A stretch of DNA of 64,000 bases from the human T2T-CHM13v2.0 reference genome, Homo sapiens, in NCBI RefSeq assembly GCF_009914755.1, contig NC_060940.1; one strand, 5' to 3'. Numbering within the stretch: the first letter of the stretch is position 1; each line of letters begins with the position of its first letter. Positions 42,751 to 58,550 of this stretch are shown in pieces. Made by a program: the position numbers and the translations under genes. Below the pieces are notes generated by a model. The model was not told the origin of the DNA, did not search any database, and worked only from the letters and a program-made list of their open reading frames with translations.

Positions 42751-44002
42751 CATATGCTATTTTCAGAAACGCATTTGAAAATTTGAAAACATCCATGTTT
42801 GTGTTCTGAGGATAAAGACAGGTAGAAGAAACATGGGTGTGAATTAGTAGCTGATTGTCTATCCATACCAACTAAATGCCATCATCATCATCATCACCAT
42901 AGGTATTTGAAGGTTTTTACTACCTTACTTAGTCCTCTAAGGCTGAAGTGCTAGCAGGTAGATATTTATTAGTCCCCTTTTAGAGATTAAAGCACTGATC
43001 TCAAGAGGTGAAATAACTTGTCCAGCTAGCAAATAATGGAGCTGGCATCCTGACCCAGATCTGTCCAGCTGCAAAAATCTTTCCTCTCATGAGTTGTTAG
43101 CATTATTCCAAACAAAACACTGCCCTAAAAGTGTGAAAATGTCCTCAGTTCACCCCTTCTCTGCAGTGGGACCCTGACATTTAAAGGCACACCAAGAGGA
43201 GACAGTGCTCCCTGCAGGGCTGGAGGGTAATATCTGAGGTCTGGGAGGGACAAAATTCACAACCAAGGGTTACTCCCTCCCACCTGTGCCTGACATTTTT
43301 CTTTCTAAAAAATCTGCTCATTTCTGTTCTTCTTTCCTCTTCATCTTCCCCCTCTCCCTTTTCAATATTTTATTTCTTTATCTTATTTGGTGTTTTCATT
43401 GCCAAAGTAATTCATGCTTACTATAAAAGCATCAAGCAATAGACAAGTGTATAATAAAAAGCAAGAGGTCCAACCCCCAGGAAACTGCTGGGGACAGTTT
43501 GGTACCTATCCTTCCACAGTGTTTACTGTGCGCACATCAGTAAATCAGACTTAATACAATGTTACAAGTTATATAGAAGTGCTGAAATATACACCTAAGA
43601 AGCCAGCAGCCTTGGCTATAGTCTCTGGTGCATGCATGTGGCATGATTGTGCATGGTTCTCAGAAACCTTGTTGCTGCTCCTATCATTCCTTCCTCTACC
43701 AGTCCACAAATGTCTAACTGCCCACCATGTGCGAGGTGCCATGCTCCGTGCTCAGAACACAGCTGTGAACCAGGTGGACATGGTGCCCTTCCTAGAAACA
43801 AAATCTAGGCTGCAAGAATGGTGGCTTTAACTCACTTCAAGAAATGCATTCACCAAGCACCTTCTCTGTGCCAGCTTTTGCAGGGGATGAGGCGATGTCA
43901 CAGATATATCAGACACAGCACTGCTCTGAAATGCTCATGGAATAATAGAGGAGACAGGCTAGAAAATGAGGTCCATTATTTGTGTTTTAAAATTAGGCCA
44001 GG

Positions 44003-44455
44003 CACACTGTTCACAATAGCAAAGACTTGGAACCAACCCAATACCCATCAATGACAGACTGGATAAAGAAAATGTGGCACATATACACCACAGAATACTA
44101 TGTAGCCATAAAAAAGGATTAGTTCATGTCCTTTGCAGGGACATGGATGAAGCTGGAAACCATCATTCTCAGCAAACTATCACAAGGACAGAAAACTAGA
44201 CATTGCATGTTTTCACTCATAAGTGGGAATTGAACAATAAGAACACATGGACACAGGGAGGGGAACATCACATACTGGGGCCTGTCAGGGCGTGGGGGGC
44301 TAGGGGAGGGATAGCATTATGAGAAATATCTAATGTAGATGATGGGTTGATGGGTGCAGCAAACCACCATGGCACGTGTACACCTATGTTACAAACCTGC
44401 ACATTCTGCACATGTACACCAGAACTTAAAGTATAATTTTAAAAATAAATAAATA
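44003..44455 (+). mobile_element. 5'-truncated L1PA (ORF2 end + 3'UTR)
   Basis: ttcacaatagcaaagacttggaaccaaccca...catgtacaccagaacttaaagtataat. Confidence 0.92.
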
Positions 44456-44456
44456 A

Positions 44457-45135
<679 letters not shown>

Positions 45136-46818
45136 TAATAATGATGATGATAAATTAAAAAATAATAATTTTTATTATGTTGTTGTTACTAACAAAATTT
45201 ATTGAGCCCTTCCTAGATGTCATACACTATACTAAGTACTTTACAAGCATTAAGTAATTTCATCCTTTTAAGGACCGTTTGAGGTAACTGTGATGATTAT
45301 TCCCACCTCATAGATGCAGACACTAAAGCTCAAAGAAGATGAGTGCCTTGCCTGAGGTCTCACGGCTGGTGAATGACCGGGCTGTGACTCAAGCCAAGAG
45401 CTGTTTGTCTCCAAGACTCTTAAAGACTCTTTTTTAAAACCAGCATGCTATTCCATTTCATGGTATTCTCTTTTTCTCCCTCATTAGCAGATTCCTACAG
45501 AACCCACATGACTCTACTGTTCCTGCCCCAATTTATTTTTGCCTGAGTCTCCCCACTTTGGGCAAAAGCCTCGCTTGAACTATATCGATAGCTACAATGA
45601 CTGAAAATTGTGTCACGTATCACATAGAATCTCTGTTCCCAAGGTACCCAGAGAGACTGAAATAGGTCCGTTAACAGTCGTGTGTTTTACATTCCACTTG
45701 GAGGGTTAACATTCAGGGTCACCCTTCTTCTGAGCCTTAAAAACCAGGGGTATCAAAGTAATGAGGGAGTGCGAGCATTCCATGGAGTTTGGATTAATGA
45801 TCTGTGAGCCTCTGTTCAGCCCTGAATGCGTGTCATTTTTAGAGTTCAGCCTGGCAAGAAAACTTAACAAGAATCCTGGTCAAAAGAAGTCTCGGTCATT
45901 TAATGACAAAGGGTAACTGGACAACCTACCACCAGCAATTTATTTTTAGACCAAGTTAAGTCATACTTCTATGCATGACCTCATTCCCATGACTCTCCTG
46001 CCCTGCCCCCAGTTACTGTCCTCAGCTCTATGATGCAAATATTCTGCAGACGTGTCTCTGCCCTGCAAGATTCCCTAGACAGCTTTACCTTGACTACAGA
46101 TATGTCAATGTCCGCCACCATAGAAAGGTCTTTCTGCAGACCGAACTGAACTGATGCTAGCTTGTTCCATCAGGACCCCTTCTTTCACTGTGCAAACTGT
46201 CCCCCAAGCTCCTGTGCTCCAATCAGACAATCAGAACTTTCCATTCATTTCAGCAAAGTTCTATTGAGCTTCCACTCTGGGTTGGGTAGTAGTCTAGGCT
46301 GGGGACAGAAAGATGAATGAGACCCATGCCTTATGAGACACATGATACTCACAGTGAGGAGGAGAGAGCAGATGACTTACACTGAAACAAAAACAATAAT
46401 GTTTCACATCCAATAATATAATAATAAACAAGACACAGAGGAAGGGGTTATTTCTTCTCTTCTGAGAGAATAGGAAACAACAAAGATACATTTCTACAGA
46501 GAAGGGCTTTAAAGGATGAATAGGAGTTTTCCAGGGAGAAAAGGAGAAAAGGCCATTTCTGGCAGAGCCAACCAAAGCAGAAAATTCTGAAAGTGAATGT
46601 TTGACAGGAGCTGCGGAGAGGGAAGAAGAGGGTGACACATAATTCAGTAAAGTGATTGTGTTGAACATGGAACAGCAGAGGGGTGGGAGATGAGCATAAG
46701 AAGTTGTGATGGTTCCTTGACACCTTGCTTATTTTTGTAATTTTTTTTTTTTAGATTTTGAAATAATTTGATCCTAACAGGAAAGTTGTAAGCTTGGTAT
46801 AAAGAGCGCTCATATACA

Positions 46819-47138
<320 letters not shown>

Positions 47139-47445
47139 CTAGTCTTCCTAAAATCGTCAATATTTTACCACACTTGCTTTATCATCTTTTCTTGATACAT
47201 ACATATTGCATTTGTATTTTTTTATGAATTGTTTAAGAATGAGTTGGGGTCATGATATTCCTTTACCCCTAATCACTTCAGTGTGTATTTCCTAAGACCA
47301 TGGTCATTTTCTTAGGTAACTACCATATAAAGTCAGGAAATTGACATTGACTTAATACCATTATCTAATCCACAAACCTTATTAATATGTCACCAATTTT
47401 CCCAATAATTTCTTTCATAGTAACAAAAAGAAAATGTTGACCACC

Positions 47446-47803
47446 TGTATTAGTCCATTTTCACACTGCTATAAAGAGCTGCCTGAGACTGGGTGATTTA
47501 TTAAAAAAAAGAGATTTAATTGGCCCACAGTTCTGCATGGCTGGGGAGTTCTCAGGGAATTTACAATCATGGCCGAAGGGGAAACAGGCATGTCTTACAT
47601 GGCAGCAGGCAAGAGAGGAGAGCAGGGGAAACAGCCACTTATAAAACCATCGGCTTTCTTGAAAACTCACTCACTATCACAAGAACAGCATGGAGGAAAG
47701 AGCCCCCATGATCCAGTCACCTCCCACCAGGTCCTTCCCTTGACATGCGGAGATTACAGTTAGAGATGAGATTTGGGTGGGGACACAGAGTCAAACCTTA
47801 TCA
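47446..47803 (-). mobile_element. Solo MaLR LTR (MSTA/THE1-type)
   Basis: tgtattagtccattttcacactgctataaag...gggacacagagtcaaaccttatca with perfect 5-bp TSD CCACC. Confidence 0.92.
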
Positions 47804-49724
47804 CCACCCTATTTACAATTGGGACTCCAACCCTCTCAACATGCCCTGGGCCCTGGCTCTGCTTTTTCTTTGTAGCATTTTCTGACCTCTAACATGTAGC
47901 ATTATTCCTATTTCTAAAATGTCTCTCCCTTCCCACCATCCCACTAGAATGTAGATCTATGAGGTCAAGAACTTTTGTCCATTTTGCTCACTGTCATATC
48001 AACACCCAGGAGAGTGACTGCCACATGAAAGTTATTAAATAAATAGTCTGAATGACTGAATGGCCAAACCTGGAGGTATCTCTTCCCAACCCCTCTTCCT
48101 CTTATTTTTTTAAGCAAAAAACAATAGGCTATTTTTTCATGCCAAGAAAACTGAGCCTCCATGTTAGTGTTTTTCTCCCTTTAAGTTCTTGCTTGGGGTT
48201 TTCTTATTTTGCCTCCTGATAGGTACGTAGGGTATATTGCAAAGGAGAAGGTTATCCCCAGAACAGCTAGGGCTTCTTCTAAGAATAGCCCAAGTCAACT
48301 GAATCTCCCCTGGGTCTCCTATACAGATGTGAAAGTCCTTGACATGCAATGGTATCTATCCCTCTGCAAACAGAGTGAGCATCTTTAGATCTAATTGAAA
48401 GATTAAAAAGAAGATCCCCAGCTGGAAGGTCAATTTATAGATTCCACAGTTAAATCAAGCCACATTCTTAAGCACATGGGACACAAACCTTGCATTAAAT
48501 CAAAGACTTAATCCAAGTTAAGCCACCCTGGATGAGGAGCTAGAGCTGGAGACATGTAATTAACACCAGCCAGTCAGCACCAACTGCTTCAGCTGACAGG
48601 TCCACAGCCTGGAAAACCTTGTTACAATTTCCAGGAGGGCTTTGGGGATGCTTGTTCTCAAGTTCCAGAGACGGTGGGCTTTGCTTCTTTCCATCTGATC
48701 TCAACTACTGACCACCAGGCTCCCTGCACTCCAGCCCCACCAACCTCCTTGCCACTTCTCAAACATGTCAAGGACGCTTCCATTTCAAGGTCATTTGCAC
48801 CTGCTCTCTCCCTGAGCTCCCTCTGGACTTTGCTCAAATGTCACCTCTCTCTCACTCTATTTATTTCTGTAAGCCTCTCTCCTCCTTGTCACCTGCTATT
48901 CCCTCCTGCTGTATCCCTTCCCGCCACTCTTATCCCACCTGACACACTGCACATTGTACTTATCCATTTACTCTTTCTTCCCCTGAGAAACCCCATGAAG
49001 GCAGGACCTGTGCTTTTTCATTCAATGTTCCCTCACCAATCATCTAGAACAGTATGTAGCATATATCAGGCACTCAGTACCTAACTGCTGAGTTAATTTG
49101 TTGGCTAGTTATCTGATTGATTGACTGATTGATTGGGTGGTTAATTAAATGGTTAATTAATTTACCTCCTGAGGCTGGGCCCCCATATGGCCACCTAGCT
49201 AAGAAACACCATCAAACCGGGGGTGGGTATTTTGGTTACGAAGGCAAATAAGAGCTACCTAGAAATGCCCTGACGCCAGATGTCTTCAATATTCTGAGAC
49301 CTGAGTCTCTGTTATAGGTTGGTGTCCTTGGGATAAAGTTCAAGTTCTCTGTCCCTTTGGTTCTTACCTTGAGGAACTCCATCTTCCACCCCTGAACTGC
49401 TCATCTACCCTCCAGTGAACTAGAACTTTTGTCAGCTCCTCAAAGTCACCAGGTTCTTGCCACATATGACGTCTCTTCCTAGAACAGTCCTCTCCATCAT
49501 GCCATAGTCTTCAACTCTGGCCAGCGCCTGCTCCCCAGGTGTCCCCTGTCTGCACTCACCACACTCTTCTTGCAGTGAATCACCAGACTGTGGGTTCCAC
49601 GAAGCGAGAGCCCTTGCCTTCTTCTTCCCCATGGTATCCCAGTGTCTAGGGCATTGCCAGACTCATGCTTGAATATTTGCTAATTTGGATAGGAGTTATC
49701 ATCTTATTTCACAGATGGAAGTTA

Positions 49725-50558
49725 TGAACTTTTTACACACCTAATGTACGGGAATTTTCACACTAAACAATCCTCCAATTCTCTGTGGATACCAATTGGG
49801 TATTCTATAATTAAATTAAACTTTGGCACTGCCTACCTGGTGTTACCGTCAGACCCTATGAGTGAAGGGTTCCAACCCACAAGAAGGCCCCCAACCTCTG
49901 AGGCCAGTTGCAAATCCCAGGTTGCTACCTGTACTCCTAAGCAACCAGCTATAAATCGGGGGTTCCTGCAACCCACTCTCAGGTTTGATAATTTGTTAAA
50001 ATGACTCCCAGAAATCAGAAAAGTGTTTTAATTACTACTACTGGTTTATTATAAAGGATGAAAGTCAATAACAGCCCAATGGAAGGGAAGCATAGGGGAA
50101 GGATGGGAGAAGGGCCCCATGCACACCAGCCTCCCAGCTCCATGCACTCACCAACTCAGAAGCTCTCTGAACCCCATCCTTTAGTATTATGGAGGTTCCA
50201 CTACATAGGTGTGATTAAACCATTGGCTATTTGGTGATTAGGTCAATGGTTGTTGACTTCAGCCTCTCTCCTCTCCTTGAGGTGGGAAGTAAGATTTGGG
50301 GTGGGCAATGAGCCTAATAGCTCCTCCAACCTTTTAATCATGAGGTTGGTTTCTCTATAGCCAGCCCCATCCTGAATCTATCTAGAGCTCACCAAGAGTC
50401 CCCTCATTTGCGAAAACTCAGGAATCGTTGAAAGGGACTTGTTATGAACAACAAAAGATGCTCCCCTAAACCCATCATTCAGGAAATTCCAAGGGTTTTA
50501 GAAGTTCTGTGTCAGGAACCAGGACAAAGACTAAATATATACTTCTTCCTTCATCGCA
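49725..50558. mobile_element. ERV LTR (MER21-like)
   Basis: ctataaatcgggggttcc, ggtttattataaaggat and caggaaattccaagggttttag motifs recalled from MER21. Confidence 0.6.
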
Positions 50559-50925
50559 GAGGTTAAATATAGTATAGTGGTAAGACCACAGCTTTGAAGA
50601 CCATGAGTTCAAATCCCAACTCTTCCACTTAATGGCTATGTGACCTTAAACAAGTTATCTCAGCTCTCTAAATCTTTTTCTCATTTATAAAATGACAATC
50701 ATGGTAAATTTATAATTCATTCAACACCGTTCTCAAGGCTAGGAATATGGCAGTAAACAACAGATTGGCCCAAAGTGATATTCGAGCCAAAACCCAAATG
50801 GTGAGAAGAATTTCGCCACCTTGAGCCTAAAAGGAAGAACCTTCAAGGCAGAGGGAATATCATGCCTGAAGGTGTTGAGGCAGGAACAACCTCATAGTGT
50901 TCAGGAAAGATAAAAGAAGGCCAGG

Positions 50926-51321
<396 letters not shown>

Positions 51322-51774
51322 CTACCCAACTCCAGACCCCAAGGTTCACCTCTAGCTCTGAAAAGGAGCACAGCTTCTCCAGCCACATCTGCCTCATTTT
51401 GCCTCAACTGCAATTGGAATCGTTCTCTGATTGGCTCCCCTGGGTACGTCCCCTAGCCTGACCTTCTCAATCCCCCACTTCTGTGCCCTACCATCCCCTT
51501 AAGTGACACTGTCAGCCAGGTTTGCCTGGCTCTCAAGCTGCAAATCTCTAAGACAGAAGTCAATGGGTAATGAGAATAAGAAAATGTGAAGGACTAGAAC
51601 TCCAGATCTTGATGCTACTGGTATTAGTTAGGTCAGAGAAGATAATAATTTGACATCCTAGGAACCCAAATTTCCATCCCCGTCTAACTCCACTATCCAA
51701 TGCTAAATTCAATGGCTTATACCAATGCTATTTGATTCTTAATCAGTGTCTGCTCCATCTGGTCCCTTTACAGT

Positions 51775-51997
51775 ACTGATTCTCAACCGGGGCAATTTTG
51801 CTCCCTAAGGGACATTTCGCAATATCGGGAGACACTTTTGGTTGTCACAACTGGGGTGGACGGTGCTACTGGTATTTGGTGGGTAGAGGCCAGGGATGCT
51901 GCAAAACATACAGCAGTGCACAGGACAGCCTGCCCCTGTCCCCAACAACAAATTTTCCTGCCCAAAATGCCAACAGTGCCAAGGTTGAAAAATGCTG
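51775..51997. mobile_element. MER20 hAT DNA transposon
   Basis: ttctcaaccggggcaattttgc...ggttgtcacaact...gccaaggttgaaaa. Confidence 0.85.
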
Positions 51998-52417
51998 CTT
52001 TTAAGTAACACAGCTCACCCTGCATAAACATTAAACATATATATAAAGAGATGTTAAAATGTATTTGTATGCAGATAAATGCAAATTAAAACATTAATGA
52101 GATATTTCACACCTCGCAAGCAGACAAATTTCAAAAAGGACAAATATTGGCAGAAAAGTGGGGACATAGGAACCCTCAGGCACAGCTGATGGAGGGTATG
52201 CTGGTGTGACCTGTTACTATTTAGTCAAAGGAAGATTCACAGACCCAAGGACCAGCAGTTCTATAAGAAAGTCTTACAAAGCTCCTTAGGAAGACACATA
52301 CAGAAATAATCATTGCAAGGTTATTTGTGGAAGGTGGAGGTAACGAGGTTGTCTATCATTGGGGAACTAGGCAGATAAAAGTGGATGAGCAAATACCGTG
52401 GGGTATTAGAAGTGACC

Positions 52418-52750
<333 letters not shown>

Positions 52751-53236
52751 TAGATGTACAAATAGCAATAGAGATGGACCTTACAGCTTTAATGAGAGTG
52801 AGGAGGGGGAGTTAAAAAAAAAAAAACAAAAACAGCATGAGACGATTAATACAATTCCACATGCATCAATCTTTTTCAAAGTGTACACATTGGGAGAGTA
52901 AATTGGCACATGTACTTTGGAAATTTATTTGATAGTATTTACTAAAGCTCAATATAAATACTTTGAACCAGCAAATTCCACTCCTGGAATTATACTCAAG
53001 AGATATGAGTGTTTGTGTCCACCAAAAGACATGTACACATTTAATCCATAATAGCCCCAAACCAGAAACAGCCAGTTGTTAATAAAGAAATTGAGGTATA
53101 TGCATACAATAGAATACAATACAACAATGAAAATACGGATGCATCTCATAGACATCCCATTAAGCAAAATAAGCCAGGCACAAAGAATAGACACAGAATG
53201 CCTCCTTTCATGAAGTTCAAAACCAGGCAAAACTAA

Positions 53237-53477
<241 letters not shown>

Positions 53478-53868
53478 TGACAGGGAGACTCCTGCAGGGT
53501 CAGAAATATTCTATATGTTCATCTAGGTGGTGATTACACAAGATCTATACGTATGTAAGAAAATATCATGCAGTCCACATAAGGTCTGTGCTCTTTATGT
53601 TAATTATACCTTAACTACAAATAAAACTTAGGATGGAGGACTTTCAAAAGATATGGATTCAATTGACAATACCAAGCACTGGCAAGCATGCAGAGTAATT
53701 AGGAATTTTCATATACTGCCAGTAGGAAAGCAAAATGACATAGCCCTTCTGGAAAACAGTTTGGCCGTTTTTTATAAAGTTAAATATACACTTATAATGT
53801 GACCCTGTAATCTCACCCCCAGGTGCCCTAAAGAAATAAAAACACGTTTGTACAAAAACCCATCCACA

Positions 53869-54278
53869 GGGCTGGGTACGGGTGGCTCAAACCTGTAGTC
53901 CTAGAACTTTGGGAGGCTAAGGCAGGCAGATCACCTGAGGTCAGGAGCTCGAGACCAGTCTAGCCAATATGGTGAAACCCCATCTGTACTAAAATTACAA
54001 AAATTAGCCGAGCGTGGTGGCAGGTGTCTGTAATCCCATCTACTCGGGAAGCTGAGGCAGGAGAATTGCTTGAACTTCGGAGGTGGAGGTTGCAGTGAGC
54101 CAAGATGGTGCCACTGAGCCGAATCCATCAAAAGAAAAGAAAAGGAGAAACAAAAGAAAAGAAAAGGAAAGAGAAAAAAGAAAAAGAAAAGAAAAGGAAG
54201 GGAAGGGAAGGGAAAGAAAAGGAAAAGGAAAAGGAAAGAGAGGGAGGGAGGAAGGAAGGAAGGAAGGAAGGAAGGAAA
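53869..54278 (+). mobile_element. Alu with expanded GA-rich tail (GAAAA/GGAA)n
   Basis: Alu motifs 53869-54118, purine microsatellite 54130-54278. Confidence 0.9.
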
Positions 54279-54496
54279 ACCTATACACAGATACACAAAT
54301 TTATAGACACTCTATTCATAGTTAGCAAAACCTGGAGAAAATCTAAATAGCCTCCAAAGAGGAAGTGGATAAACAAACATCCACACCATGGAATACTATT
54401 TGGCAATTAAACAACAAACAAACTCCTGATACATAATAACCAGAATGAATCTCACAGGCATTATCCTGAGTGAAATAAGTCAGCCTCAAAAGGTTA

Positions 54497-54873
54497 TTAT
54501 CTTAGTCCATTCAGGTTGCTATATACCAAAATACCATAAACTTGGTGGCTTATAAGCAAACGAAATTTATTTCACACAGTTGCGGAGGCTAAAAGTTCAA
54601 GATCAGGGGGCCAGCATGGTGAGGGCCTTCCTCTAGATTGAGGGCCCTCCTCCAGGTTGCAAATGGCCAACTTCCCATTATATCTTCAAGTGGTAGAAAG
54701 AGCATGAGAGACTTCTCTGGGGTCCCTTTTATAAGGGCACTAATCCCATTCATGAGGGCTCCACCCTCATGATCTAATTATCTTCCAAAAGCCTCACTTC
54801 TAAATAGCATCATATTGGGGATTATATTTCAGCATGGGAATTTGCAGGAGGACACAAACATTCAGCCCACAAC
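54497..54873 (-). mobile_element. MaLR LTR (MLT1A/MST-like) inserted in old L1M
   Basis: tcttagtccattcaggttgctat...ttttataagggcactaatcccattcatgaggg...gacacaaacattcag. Confidence 0.78.
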
Positions 54874-56802
54874 ATGACTTTCTTGAAAAGACAAAAGCAT
54901 AATGATGGAAACAGATCAGTGGTTGCCAGGGACTATGGGTGGGGGAAGCATGCAACTATAAGGAATAACATGAAGGACTTCTTTGGAATGATGAAAGTGT
55001 TCGGTATCTTAATTGTGCTCAAAGTGGTTACATTAATCTATATATGTGTTAAAATTCATAGAACCATGCATCAAAAAAAGAGTCAACTTTACTATATGTA
55101 CTTAAAGTATAAAATAAATGAGATATTGATTCAGAGTCATATTCCACAATTAATAACTATATTAGGAATAAACAAATACGCGCACACAATATTCTTCAAG
55201 AATATACACAAACAAAAGATATACATTAAGCACACACGATGGCCTATTAAGGGTAGGAAATGTAAGTAACTAGAGTGAGGTGGTGGGGATGAAAGGAAAT
55301 GAACCCAGAGACAAATCAGTGAGAGACACATTTGATAATGCAACTAGGAAGACTTACAGGAGTGAGAAGCGATTGTACTCACAGCTATGGTTTATTACAG
55401 GATCGGCAAGGGGCAAGGGACACACAGCAGGTAGAATCTGGAAGAATCCATGCACAGACTCCCAGTGTTCTCCCCACCTCTCTCTAGCCCTAGGGATCAC
55501 GGTGAATATGTTCTTTCGGCAACACCTCTTCAGTGTTTCTGCCTAGAGAAGCCCACGTTTAGGCTCAAAGTTTGGGTGTTTTATTGAGAGCTGGTCACAT
55601 AAGCACAAAAACTAGAAACAACTATTGAAATTCCAGGCTCCTGGAAAGGAAGCAGGTATTCTGGGCGCGAAGCAGGTATTCTGGGAGCTAAGCGGGCAAA
55701 ACAGTGTTTTACATAGTTAGATAACAATGCAAAAGCCAAGTTCCCAGATGCCAGTGAAGAGCCAAGCCTGAAAGCAAGCCTTTCTAAAGATGGCAACCTC
55801 ATGCTGACTATGTTAATTCTCCCTTGCCCTGGGTCCTTGCAGAGACCCATGTGGATGTGCCACGAGCCTGTGATCCAAAAAAATAAAATAAAATAATTTT
55901 TTTAAAACTAGGATCTGCTTCTGGTTTTCAATTCTTCTATTATTTAAGTCATGCAACAGTGTTAACCAGGCAGGCTCACTAGCATGATGGATGGATAAAT
56001 AAGTGGGTGGGTAGGCCGACGGATGAATGGATGGATAGACGAATGGACGGATGGATGAATGGACACATGGATGGATAGAAGCAAAATAAAATCAATACTG
56101 TATGAGCCAAACAAAACAATGGCTTGAGCATTCTGTTTCTAATGATGCTCTCAGGAATGCAGCCACAAGGAAACTCTGCCCTCACCTCCACCCCATGAGG
56201 CAGAAACTGGCCACCAGTGACAGGGAAACAAAGTGGATTCCTCGAATGTCATTGTTATTAAAACAAAACTAGTCCCAGAAAACTGACCTGAATGTATTTT
56301 TTCTCTCACTTTTGGCCTGACTGTCTAATAACCAAAAGTCACCAGAAAAAAAAAATTTTTTCTCAGCAAATGCTTAAAAACAGAGAAGACCCCCAAAGTA
56401 CACAGGGGCAGAGAACAACTCACAAATCTCAAGAATAAAATAAAGACGGAAGATTCTCACCCTACTGCAATGACTCTCCCAGCCCACTGCCACCAAAGTT
56501 TCTGAGATTAAAAAGAGAAATTATTTAATATATGCAGTTTCAATTTTTAAAGTTTCAGGCATGAAAGAGCTTTTGCTCCCTAATGATGTCCCTCAGATGT
56601 AGCAAGACCTGGTCTCTCTTTCACTGAAGAATTGCCTTCATTTTCACCACAGACTTCCCTTGCCTCAAAGACAGATGCTCAGTCAGAGAAAGGAGCCTGA
56701 GGATCCATAGAAACTCTCTGATATTAATTGATCTGCTCCTAGTTTTCAGTTATTCTATTTTTTAAAACATGCGACAGTGTTAACTAGGCAGGCTCACTAG
56801 CA

Positions 56803-57030
56803 TGATGGATGGATGAGTGAGTGGGTGGGTAGGTTGATGGATGAATGGATGGACAGATGAACAAATGGACAGATGGATGGATGGATGGATGGATGGATGG
56901 ATGGATGGATGGATGGACAGATGGACGGACAGATGAATGGATGGATGGATGGGTGGGTGGATGGATGGATGGATGGAAAAATGGATGGATGTATAGATGG
57001 AGATAGATATAGACAGAACTAGATACAGAC
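56803..57030. repeat. (GGAT)n microsatellite; shorter sister array at 55985-56077
   Basis: Direct. Confidence 0.95.
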
Positions 57031-58003
57031 AAATAGAGACATCGTTAAAGAGAGAGAGGTAATTATTTATTTTTGCAACAAGTATTTATTATCTACTTTA
57101 GGTCAGGCACTGCTCCAGCTTATAACTGTTTGTTATAACAGTAACCAAAACAAACAAACATCCACTACCTTCCCGGAGCTTAGAGAGAGACTATAAAAAT
57201 TAAAAATAATATATAGAATTATAGATGGTGTTAAGTGCTATGGGGAGAGAAACATCAAGTAAAGGGGCTTGGGACCGGCTGGAAAGAGTTCCAGTTCTTA
57301 AAGAATAGGGTCAGGAAAGGACTCACCAGAAAAGTGACTTTTGAATGGAGACCTAAAACAGATGAGAGTGTTCAGGTTCAATATTACTTTTTAAATAGAC
57401 AGACTTAACTACCTGAGAAAAAAACAGGCATATCCCAAAAATACTAGGACAAGGGAAAATTATAAAAGTTGATTTAACACCAACAGGTATGTAAAGGAGA
57501 TGATGACATAATGCTTAGTTCCTGGCAAGATTTAGATTGGAGAAAAATAGCATGACATGGGCACACTTGGAAGAAACCAATGGGCTATCACCAAGAAGGA
57601 CCTGCTCGAGCTCAAGATAACCAGGAAACATAACCACCCCTTATGTTATAATAATGTGGTAACACAAAAAGGTGGGATGGCATGTCACATATTGACTCGG
57701 AAGTAGGCAAAAACGTGAGACCAACTTGGGCTTAGATACACATACCTAGGAATATACTAGGTGAAGTCAAAGACAGCAGGAGATTGATATTCTACATAAA
57801 TATGGAAATGCACTTTATGAGTTCTTGAGAATCTCTGGGGATTTTTCATAGGTCTCACCCATCACTGGTCATGTAAATATGTCATTTTTAGCAAAATCAC
57901 ATTCTCTTCACTTCTATCTGTTCTGTATTGCTGCAAGGACTGCTTTTTGAACTAGGGTATGACAATGATCCGTCTTGATAGTGTTTGTGAGTCAATTCAG
58001 AAT

Positions 58004-58550
58004 TACAGTGATTACTAAAGTTGGTCACATATTCCCCCCATCTCTATATGCATTCCTCTTTGTGATGTCACTTTGCTGTCCTTTCCACTAAATAGTAGAA
58101 CCTATTTCTCTACCCTCTTGAGTCCTTGTCATGTGATTTGCCTTGACCAAGAAAATCTCAAAGAAGTGATGTTATGGTAATTCACAGCCTACACCACAAC
58201 AGGCCAGAAACGTCTACCTTATCCCTCTTGAAATGCTACCCTGAGACTGACATATGGGGAGTCTGGGCTAGACTCCTTGAGGGTGAGAAACTATGTGAAG
58301 CAAGGTCTGGCCAATAGACAGCCCCAAATGCCAGAATTGGGAGTGAAGTCATCATAGACAATCTGTCTCTAATGGAGTCCCCAGATGTGTGCAGAATAGG
58401 AATAGCCCCAGGAAAGACCAACAGAAGAACCACTCACCTGAGCTCAGCCCAAATTGTTGACTCACAGAATTGTAAGTAAACCAACAAGGTGGTTGTGTTA
58501 AGCCATTAAGTTTTGGATAATTTGTTATGCGGGAATAAATAACTAATACA
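58004..58550 (+). mobile_element. MLT1-type MaLR LTR
   Basis: Terminal ...ttaagccattaagttttggataatttgttatgcgggaataaataactaataca. Confidence 0.7.

Noticed and set aside
55330-55830. Possible ERVL LTR (MER77/MER68-like)
   Set aside because: Only weak motif resemblance; termini and TSD not identifiable, so not listed as a feature
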